Shown here: positions 10,659-23,848 of the stretch, in pieces | Layout of the letters: each line of letters starts with the position of its first letter | How positions within the stretch are numbered: the stretch's first letter is position 1 | DNA from: Zygnema circumcarinatum SAG 698-1b | Taxonomy: Eukaryota > Plantae > Zygnematophyceae | Direction of reading: 5' to 3' | NCBI GenBank assembly: GCA_037447605.1 | Contig: CM074819.1 | Span: forward strand, 1,262,297-1,326,296 | Length of the DNA stretch: 64,000 nucleotides | Made by a program: the position numbers and the translations under genes | Notes under the pieces: generated by a model | What the model was told of the DNA's origin: nothing | What the model saw: only the letters and a program-made list of their open reading frames with translations | Database searches by the model: none

Positions 10659-13335
10659 TCATTTTTCAGGCACCTTTGCCATCCCTTGCTCCGTTAGAAG
10701 AGCAGTCTTCTCCTCGTCCCCCGCTGCCCCCTTGGGAGTCAAAGACATTCCAGGGGACTTGGGCACTACCACATCGTCCTTTGGCTTCTTGCCCTTCTCC
10801 ACTGCCCAGCTATACATGATCATCCCCACTACTGCCATGAACATGCCGCCAATGTTCTTCAATGTAAGGGTGGCATCGTTGCGGAAGAGCACCCAGCCCA
10901 AGATGAGGACTAGGACAGTTTTCATGTGGCCCAACACCTGGAAAGTCACTGCAGAGAATTTTCCGATGCAGAGGTATTGGCTGAGATTGCAGCCCACAGC
11001 CAGAGCGCAGCTGAGACTGATGAATATCTGCAAGGCAAGGCAAAAAGAAAAAAGGGAGTCAGTCAACCTGCTGCATAGAGAGGACCCTGGTTCTCCCCAC
11101 CACCATACAGAAGTGATATGTGTACTTTCTTACATCAGCCACTACAAAAAAATACGGAAATCATACGGAACACCATTCGTTTACCCCTCCGTACATGTAT
11201 GTACTTCTTGCCGCTGCTGACGTAATGCTATGAAGGGCGGATCAAGCCAAGTATTCAGCATCTAGATAATTGTCTACGTATGTTTCGGGCAAAGATCAGG
11301 CAACAGCGATGTTCAACTTTTGCACATCAAAGAGAGTCAGAAAAACACGGGGGTTACGGGGTAAGCAGTACCGCGGCCATGCTCGACAAGTTGTATTTCA
11401 AAATGCTCTTCTCAAAAAGAAGGTAGTCCACAAATGGTCCGACAAGGACAAGGGATGCGGCCTGGATGGGAGCAGTTTGGCTGAGCAAGTCGAAGGAACC
11501 GATATTGTACTTCTTCTGGAGAGATCCGATGAACTGTCCACCCAAAGTTCCACAACAAATCCACAAAAATCCTGACATTAAAACCCCTCATAAACCAGCA
11601 CAAACGCGAGAGAAAGGAAAGAAACGCATCCTAAACATCGTCATTCGATTTGAGAGCACCGTCTTGAAATCCGTGTTTCTGTTGTCTCCGTCTAATCAGC
11701 TCTCCCTAAAGAGGAAGGTTTGGTCATGCAGAAGGGGTGGTACAGAAATGCAAGGAAAACAGTTGTTGAGCAGAAGTGCATAGATCAAACGACTCGAAGG
11801 TTCCAAGATAAGACTTACAATTTGCTGCAAAGAGGTACATACAACAGCCACACAGGCAGCGATGAAGCCTGCCATTTTCACATTAAGGTCGGTAACTGTA
11901 CAGATGCCCACTCCCACCATCACGACTACGACAGATGCCTTCACTTCTCTCGAGAACGTCTTGCCGTTCAAAATAGCCTCAAAGAAACAAACGGTAGGAA
12001 TGATGCTCAACTTTGAAATCTGCATAACCAACAAACCAGACTCAGCCGCATTAGAATACAGATTGGTAGAGTCAACATGCCATTTTTTCCTGTGTGCATC
12101 CCAAGAACGAAGTGAACGAAATGTGCAACAATACGATTAAAGCAGAGGATTGGTGCTTCCTGAGCTGTCCCAATGATGCCCTCAATAAACCGTGTCTTTA
12201 GATCCGAGCATTAGACTGGGATCAGAAAATGTCTGAATGATACTGAAATGTTAAATCTGCAAGGCTTGCTGTCACTATATGAAAATGCGCTGCTTGGTTT
12301 CCAGATATATCGAAAGGGGGGGCAAAGGCAGCCAGAGGGCGCCCCTGCCCATCCACAAAGGCCTACATTACTGGGCAATAATCATGCAACAAGAAATCCA
12401 TATCCATACTGAAAGAAAAGCCGATCGCCCCATCCCAATAGAAAAAGAAGACAAAGGACAAGGGACTGCTCATTTCAGGGAACCACATTACATGTTTAAA
12501 CTACGTTTCGGGTGAAGTCATCATCTGAAGAAGACTTGACACAGAAGCATTTGCGAGAAAGCTCCTGTCGAAGGGATGTTTGACGTTTCTATTTCAGAGA
12601 GACCTAAATAGAGACCAGATGCTTCAAAAAATGTTAACCACTTAATCTGATCTTTAAAAATAAACGTAAATACCCTTACCACAAACAATCTAGCGGGAGG
12701 ATCCTTTCGCAGGGAGACAAGTGGTCAAACATACCTGGTAGAAGCCTACGCTGTTGAGCATAAGACTCAAATTCATTCCGACAATGGAGGTATTCGCCAC
12801 CAAACTAAAAAAGAAAAGATCCCAGAAGGGAACAGCGTTCTTGTTCGTTAGGTAACCTAAAGCGCTTGAGATCATTCCGACCAATCCCGTGACGACGAAA
12901 TGGAAACCCGTCAACGTTGTTGCTGCAAACGAAATGCCAGTAGGTAAGAAAACAGCCAGCAAGCCTTCGACGCATCAACCAGGAAAAGGCTCTCAATGTG
13001 TCTCAAGATCACACATGGACGACTCAACCATCAACCATATTTGCAGCCTCCAATGCACACGAGCTGCAAGATCGCCCTGAATGCAGGCCTCCATGTACAC
13101 TATCAGGCATCAGATCCATCGACTGAACGGCAAGGACCTCCTCCTCCGTGCTATTGACGAAGAGCGCCATCCATGCAGCAGACAGGGCGGTGCAGATCCT
13201 GCAAGACTCACCAAATTGAAAGCCGTACCCTGAACTCGACATGACCTGCTTGTTCACCATGATGATCCCCACGGACGTCACAATGTTCAGGCCCCATGCC
13301 GACGTCGCTGAGATCGATGCAGGATTGTTCACCAT
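10659..13335 (-). CDS. URGT: UDP-rhamnose/UDP-galactose transporter family nucleotide-sugar transporter (5 exons: 13335-13212, 12922-12735, 12019-11819, 11533-11372, 11027-10659)
   Basis: Spliced protein has AWGLNIVTSVGIIMVNKQ, FATTLTGFHF, SLMLNSVGFYQISKL, SLQKKY, QVLGHMKT, as in plant URGTs; all introns GT-AG and in phase. Confidence 0.9.
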
Positions 13336-14898
13336 GGCTGCTCGACACTCGAAAACAGCTTCAAATCCTGCAGACCCCTACGACTTCGCCTTACGCAGCG
13401 GCGATCGGAAAGGCCAGCAGGAGGGGCTGTAGAGGGAGACAGAGGAAAGGCCGAAGCAAGAGCAGGAGAGATAAAACAAGGTAGGGAGTCAGATACTATG
13501 GCGACAGCCTCGAAGGCGGAGAGGGACTGAGGGAGAGAGAGAGAGAGAGGGAGGGAGGTAGAGGCGGACGGAGCGCGAGGCGACAAAAACTTTTCCTCTG
13601 CCCCCGCCCGCGGGCACTCAGAAACGACTGTTCCCGTTGGCGGTAACGGTTTCCATGCGCGGTGCTGCACGTACTGATACTTTTCAGCGGCCGACAAGTT
13701 CCATGTGGAGCGTAAGTGTGATATCATGATTTTTTATTTGGTAGAAAGTTTTCCTGTTATCAAAGGGATCGCTCAAAACTATAATTATATGAACCAGTAA
13801 GAGATTGCCACGTAATCCAACATCACCACGTGGCGAGCTCTCATTGGATAAATCTGGGATTCTGTAAATGGATTTCCGTTTTCTGAAGTCAATGGCTGCG
13901 AAAGTCGAGATCATTACAGTCGCGTTTGTACCCCCTTTGGTGCGAAAATTTGAGTAAAGTGAAATCGGTACAAACATAAAAAAGCTTTGAATTTTTTACG
14001 AATACTGGTTCTGAACTTAACTCGCTTTCCCTCTTTTGTCATTTCCATATTTTCAAGATTGACAGGCGTGACGTGACAGATGCCTGCTGCTATTTTGCGG
14101 GCATTCCGCGGCCCGCGGGCAGCTGAAGAATCGTTCCTGGGGGGTGGATTTGCGGCTGAGGATGTTGTACGGACAGGTACACGCCAAACATCGCGCATTC
14201 GGGCAGCATGAAAAAAGGGGCGTCCACGAGATTTCGGACCCACTCCCTCTGTGGTTCGTACGGAGGCCGTACGACTGCAGGTGTCAGGCGGACCACTGTT
14301 CGTTTTGAGCCAACCATTGGCAATGTGAGCATCGGTTGGCTTCCTAAAGTCCTTTGCGACCAGTTCCTCGTGGTTCTCCATGTGGTTTTGTCCATGTACA
14401 TCTGATGGCATCATCGGCATCGTGAGACCAATGCCACAACCTCTCTTTATCCAACGATTGGCAGTGCTTGCCACCATTGGCAACCATGGTGGAAACCAAT
14501 AGCTGGCGCCAATCGTTGGCGTGTTTTCCAGACATTGGCAACCAATGGTCGCTTCTATTGACTGTGGCTGCCAAGCAAACCTTGGAATCCAATGGTCTCT
14601 CTGCCGCCCATTCCATAGTCTTCACAATGATCCACCTTCTTGTTGTTCTCGCCCGCCCTGTAGCAATCGCGCGATCGGGCGGTCACCCATATCGGCAAAT
14701 CGACGACGTATCGGAAGCCGGCAGATTCTGCCGGCGGAAGCCGTCTACTGAGAGTTGGTCTGACGCCGGCCAGCAGGCCAAATCGTACGAATTCGAGATT
14801 CGTGACCGTACGGGTCCGTGAGGATTCTTCGTACAGTACAGTATCGTACGTGTCGGTCGACTGCGGTACGGACGGATATTCGACCGCAGTGTCGTGTA

Positions 14899-15310
14899 CA
14901 GTAAGGGGTCCTTATATTTTCCACCCTGTACAGTGCGTCCCCAAGAAATTCGCCCTGATTTTGCCAAAACCACTTTTTTGTACGGTAACTCTGTGTTAGC
15001 CGTACTATTCGTACTAGACGTACTAGCCGTACTTGCCGTACTTGCTGTACTAGCCGTTACGAGCGTGAGCAAAACTCACCGAATCTTCCCGCACGAGCCG
15101 CCGTACGAGGCGCTCGCTCCTCTCCCCAATACTGTACTTCGTGGCTTCAATACGTGACGATACGATACGATATTGAAAGATATGGTACGATATATACGGT
15201 ATGATACGAACGGACATACATGTAACTCTAAAATAAGACCGCCCGGCTATTGGTAACACGAACCTTCTACTGTATTTGCAAAATCAAGATTTTCGCCCCA
15301 TATATTTGCC
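14899..15310 (+). mobile_element. Family-A MITE copy 2 (right TIR missing)
   Basis: TA-CAGTAAGGGGTCCTTATATTTTCCACC start; body colinear with copy 1 (TTTTGCC.AAACCACTTTTTTGTACGGTAAC, GTAC array, TACGA array, GTAACACGAACCTT). Confidence 0.72.
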
Positions 15311-16456
15311 AAAACCATGGCGAGTTTGTTTGTATGGCGATTGAGATTTTTGGTTGCCTCGACACCCGTTTGGATACCTTCCTTCCTTCGCCAGTGCGCC
15401 CATCGCTCCTTCGAGATACGCGCACGACCCCGGAAGCCCTCCTCCGGCGATCTTGGCTACTTTTTATCGACAACGCATTTCCGTCGCCCTTCAGCGTTGC
15501 CTCCTACGCTTCTTCGGCGTGCTGCGGAGATCGTGTCGGTGGACTTCCGCCGCTCCCTCCTCACGATTTGCCTCAGAAGGGTGACCTTTGCGGCTGCTTC
15601 TAGGGGCTGCATTGTTGTGCCTAGGCGTAGCTTTCCACTTTTCGCTTCGTTCTATTTTGCTTAGATCCTCTGCGACACTTGTGGTTTCACATCATGCTTT
15701 TGTCCATGTACATTTGATAACCTCACCATCGTGAGGTCAATGAAATTTCCCTTCCGCCCTGATAAATGTTAGAACGTTCTAATTCTGAAGTCGAAAACTC
15801 TAAACCCTTATACGGACTTATCGCTATCTCTAGACAGACCTCTCAACGGCCGTGCATTACCGTACGTGTAGGTACGAATGGATATGGTACGGACGCTATC
15901 CGAAGGAATTGCCGTACCACACCATGGGTTGTGTATAACATGAGCATGACAAGAAGGACATGACATGACATTAGGGAAGGATGTGGCATGCATCTGCATG
16001 TGCATGAACATTGCTCAACATGCCGACGAAACACATAACATAAGCACATGGGCGAGGTAGAGGACAGGAGAGGGAGGGCCAGAGAGGAGGTTCTGACAGT
16101 GGGGGAGGGACAGAGGTGCCCACACAGCACTCATAGATTCTGACTGTCCATGCTTCATGATTGACCTCGTTACGAGCGCAACGTATAACAATGTATAACA
16201 CAGTTCGAATAAAGTTACATCTACGAATTGAACTGATCTCAGGCTAACCCTGCAGCTGCCTCGCAGGATCTTATTACCATTTGAACTACCCTACTGAGAA
16301 TAACTCTCATATTCCTGCTTCACCTTTAAGCAGACCAACAGAGGTACCTTATATCTAGTCCAGCCTGCGTCCGTGAGCCTATCAATAAGCGGCCTGCAGA
16401 CATTACTTTACTTCTGTTTCCTAAGCAGTTTCTACCTATGGCCTATCTACTTGACC

Positions 16457-19403
<2,947 letters not shown>

Positions 19404-20133
19404 CAAGCCTGTGTTCTGCGCTGTGCCTGTCCGGTGCCCTGCTTGGAAGTTTTCAAGAGCACTTTCCTGCCCTGCGCGCTTGGCTCCTTCCCGCCCCTTT
19501 GAACTTTGAGTGAGGGACGGAGGGAGCGCCGCGGCGCGCGGCCCCGCCCCTTCCGCGGGCGAGCGAGCGGCCCCGCGCGGCCTCCCATTGGCGGGCGGAA
19601 GGGGTGAACTCATCGCAGCCGTCGATCGGGGCGAGGTTGGTGCTGCGGCTGCCACGTGGGGACTTGAGATTGGCCATGGGGGATGTTGACCGTCCACTGT
19701 ATGGTGCCACCGACATTTGGGTTTCTAAACGAATAGCGAGACGCCACGTTGGATTTTTGTTTGGATGAGACACATTTTGCTTGTCGGACTATGGATCCGA
19801 TTTTCAACAATCCGGTGTATTTCTCCGTATTAGTTTGTCTCTTTTCCGGACAGTGCGGCGCCCTTTTGTCGTTTTGAAGTGTGTACTAAGTGGCCAGCGA
19901 TCTGGAGACGCGAAAGGGCGGAATTTGCCACTCGGCATGCGCCTATTGGTCCAATCTGCCGCCTTGGCCGCCTCCGGGGGGCCAAGGCTTCAGGGCGTCG
20001 TCGGTTTGCCCCGGCGGGACCGAAGGCTACGAGGGCGGTCCGTCCGTACAGGCCCGAGGGACGGGAGGGATGGACGGGTCACGGACGGGACCGTTGAACG
20101 CGTGTGATGGCGCCGTACAACATTGGATCAGAG

Positions 20134-20440
20134 TTTAGGGTTAGGGTTAGGGTTAGGGTTAGGGTTAGGGTTAGGGTTTGGGGTTAAGGTTAGGGTTAGG
20201 GTTTGGCGTGTAAGTTGAGGGTTAGGATTTGGGGTTATTCTTAGGGTTAGGGGTAAGGTTAGGAATGAGATTAGGGTTAAGGTGAGGGTTAGGTTGAGGG
20301 TTTAGGGCTTATGTTTAGGGTTAGGGGGTTAGGGTTCTAGGGGAAGGGTTTAAATTCGGAGTTAGGTGTTCATGGTTTGATTAGGTTAGGGTTTAGTGTG
20401 AGGCAGCTTAGGGTTCAGGTCTGGGTTTTGGTGTTTTGGG
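20134..20440 (+). repeat. Interstitial telomere-like array, TTAGGG type
   Basis: Seven perfect TTAGGG units at 20135-20176, followed by ~260 bp of degenerate T1-3AGGG-like units. Confidence 0.9.
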
Positions 20441-21603
20441 GTACTGAGCAGGCAGTGGGACATGCTGAAGGTGCTTTTTCACGGTCCACCTTTCTGCAAC
20501 TTTCAACTTTTCTGACGTGGTTCAACCTTGCCGATGTAAACTCGCCCGTGCGAACGGTTGAAGCTCTTGGCAAGACTTACCGGTGACCAGTGAAGCCCGA
20601 AAAGGTGAAGCGAGTTCAAAAACTTCGATTCGGAGGTTGCACAACTTCCTGCCTCAGTTTCCAACACAGGAGCTTCAATCAACTGGAGAAAGTTGGACCC
20701 TGTAAGCGAACCCTTTATTCGAATTGTATTGTGGGAGAAGCTCGGGCGTGTCGACTGGTGGGGGTACACTGGCCGCTACATGCCCATAAACTGGCGACGC
20801 GGAGGGGCAGAAAACGGCTCGACATGTCTGACCGTGCGAGCACAAGGGGGTCGATCGTTCATGGTGCAGCTAGTTCTTCGGCTTCTAAAGCACTCATGGG
20901 ACATAAAATGCCATGAAGGGGAGAAGGCTTCGAGAAATCTGGGAGGATTAGAGGTTCCATGCTTAGAGCTTAAGTCACAACAGGCAACAGGACATCGATA
21001 ATGTCAATACCGATAGAGGAACAACTTCCCTATAGACAAGAAATTTCGCGTTTTCAGAGGCTCTATGGCTGGAAAATTGCTCTAAGTTTTGTACGGTGCT
21101 GCTTTACTTGCCCAGTCAAGCGGATACGGCCACGTGAAGGACACCACGTTGGACGCCTCTCTTTTAGAGGAAGAGCCATGAGAAGCTTTTGCTTCCTTTT
21201 TGCCGCCACCTCTATGGCACGATTCTGCACATGGCAATGAGATCGTGCAGCGTAAGAGACGCTGATGTCATCCTCATCCTGTCATGCCAAGCCTTCCTAA
21301 TTCACAGTGCAGGAAATTTGCCTTTCCATTACGTTGTAGTGGCTATTACAATGAAAGACAGCTCCTACATGCTAGAGAATACAACACGCATCGCGCTGGA
21401 CTCCTCTTTTGTGCCCTAAGCCCAACAAAGGACAACACCCGGAAAGATGGGCCACGGACTGTGCATTTTTGAAGTACTATGTGGAAGCCGGTGAGGGTTA
21501 TGAAACGCTAGTCAATGCGGGTCAAGGCTGGTCACCTGTTTCAAGCATGCTCCTTTGTATCTCTCCTCTCGATTTTTCTGCAGGACGAATATGCAGATTC
21601 TCT

Positions 21604-23051
21604 CTAGCCCCAATCGACTGCCGGTAATGCGCTGTAACTTTCACTGCTCAAGGGGAGCTGAAGAGAAGGTGGAAGGTCTCCAAAAAAGACTCCAATTGTC
21701 GGGAGAGCAGAGCCTGGTCTCAGCCAACAATACAGAGTTAAACCCAACTCGGTATAGCTGAAAAACAGAACTCCTATCTGAGCGTGTAGTGCCATCAGTT
21801 AGCGTCCATTTCGCTTTTAAGCGAATTGGAGAAAAACTTAGTGTAGCAGCAAATGAAATGGTAAATGGGAGAATCACCTCCGAGGGTGGCAACCGCTGGT
21901 TCATGTGCGCGGGCATCTGAAGTTCCTGTTTTGTAGAAAGTCAACGAGAGAGGGAAGAAAGAGTTGGAGAAGAGAGAGGAGTTAAGGCGAAACACAGTGT
22001 AACACTTTCTTATGAAGTGTGACGGGAAACCATATCTTTGGACATTGGATTTGGATTTTTTTTAGATGTTTCGATTACAATTGTACGCCACGTCACCTCT
22101 GTGTCCATTAAAGTACAAAATATTTCTGAGTCGACTGTCTGCAAGCTAAAAATACTTTTGCAATTATAAAAAAGTCCACTCACCGGGTACTTGCTCATGG
22201 CTGCCAAGGTCAAACGACTTGTCATGACGGTACTTGCATTTCTCACCATAAGTGCATGTGCCCTGCACGTCAGCGAGTCGTTCAAATGCTAAAAAATAAT
22301 AATCGATTAGAGTCTAGCGCCTTTCAGAACTTAATGTGTTCAGTTGATAGTCTGATTCATGTTTTGGAACAAGACTCTCATTACTGTCACATCTACACAT
22401 CTTTCGCACTCTTGTACTTGCATACAAGTTGATTATGGCAAAACATCAAACAGTTCGGGAAATTGCCTGTTTAAGCCTTATACTTGACTTTCGAACCATG
22501 GTAAAGCCGATGAAGACAGCTAACTAATGTCTGAAATTGATATATATATTTTTTTTGTGATAAAAATGCAAGTCATTGATAGACTCAAAATCCGAACTTT
22601 ACATTTTTCAAGTACTGCCGGCACCAAATTGCAGGCTCCACCGCCACAGGCTCGACATAAGCAGATTCTGTCCGAACCAAAAGGAACGAACGAAGGTTGA
22701 TTGACTACTGTCCACGAACCAGGTTCTGGTGTTTTTCATTGTCCAGTCTTACTGACTTGAACTGAACAACGTGAACTAAATCTCTTTGAATCCATTTCCA
22801 GGGAAAAAGTACTATTTATTTCCAAATTCAATAGGTTTCACTTATATTTAGCGCTGAAAATTCACTTAAATTATTAGATCCTTAGGGACTCTCAAAGCCA
22901 TTGGTGGAGCAGTACCGTTCCGCTCCATGGCTTCGTACCACATGGCCTTGCTCCGCTGATGGCTGATGCCCGTGATGTGCCGCCGCCGGTTGACAGGATC
23001 GTCATAGAAGCTCTTCTCGCAGTAGTCGCAGAAATACTTGCTGCGAGTCAT
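21604..23051 (-). CDS. ZMAT5: ZMAT5 / U11-U12 snRNP 20K-like zinc-finger protein (exons 23051-22916, 22667-22603, 22262-22184, 21925-21878, 21713-21604; ~145 aa)
   Basis: Matrin/U1C finger YFCDYCEKSFYDDPVNRRRHITGISHQRSKAMWY; spliced C-x8-C-x5-C-x3-H finger CRQYLKNGTCTYGEKCKYRH; C-terminal LPPSL...P.VDWG*; exon phases sum to a full ORF. Confidence 0.82.
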
Positions 23052-23060
23052 TCTCAACAG

Positions 23061-23068
23061 AAACCCTA
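23061..23068. promoter_or_regulatory. Telo-box (AAACCCTA) just upstream of the ZMAT5-like start codon
   Basis: Exact AAACCCTA 10 bp from the ATG; this motif is typical of plant RNA-processing/translation gene leaders. Confidence 0.5.
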
Positions 23069-23848
23069 AAATCTGAAGCTTTTAAACATCAGGCCTCCCC
23101 CCTCTTTCTCTCTCTCTCTCTCCCTCTGAGTACCGATCCACGCTCTCCCTTCCTTCCGCTCCCCTCCGCTCTCCCTCTCCCGCTAGTCCTTTCCCTGAGT
23201 ACCGTCCTTCCCTCCCACCCCTTCAAGTGGCCTCGCCTGAACAAGAAAACCTGCAAACCGTTTCCATGACCGTTCAGCAGTTTAAAGTAGTTCATATTCC
23301 AAATGTTTCAACTGAACTATCAACTGCGTTCATGAATACTACTCCATGTGACCTCTTGACGCTTTCTATCCAACTGGCAGCGCATGTGACCTGTACTCCA
23401 AGTAGGATATCGCCACGCTTAACAGCCGCACAAACCGACAGCATAGAACTCCCCAGAAGCGGCCCAACCGTACCAAATCTGCCGCTTGGGAGTCGCGACA
23501 GCCGCAGTCAGATTTCCCTCCTGACCCTGACACGTAGCGTTCTCCCATTCGCCAATAACCACGTGAACAAACCAAGCCGAACCCCTTTTGCCGCGTCCGT
23601 ACACCCTCCCGTCTGGCCATCGCCCCTTCTCCAATCCCACAAGGCCACGTGGCAAGCAGCGCAGCCCAACACTTGTAAATCTACGGCTGCGATGCGTCTC
23701 ATGAGATCCTGCGGCTGCCAACGGCGCGCAGGGGCCGCAGGGCTGCTCGCGGGCGGAAGGGGCGGCCGCGGGGAGCCGCGACCCTAGCCCTCAAAGGGGG
23801 GGAGGGCGCGCTTCCTGTCACTGACCCTGTCACCGCGAGAACGCTATC

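Noticed and set aside
20590-21001. ~100-aa ORFs right of the telomere array
   Set aside because: No domain similarity or splice structure recognised.
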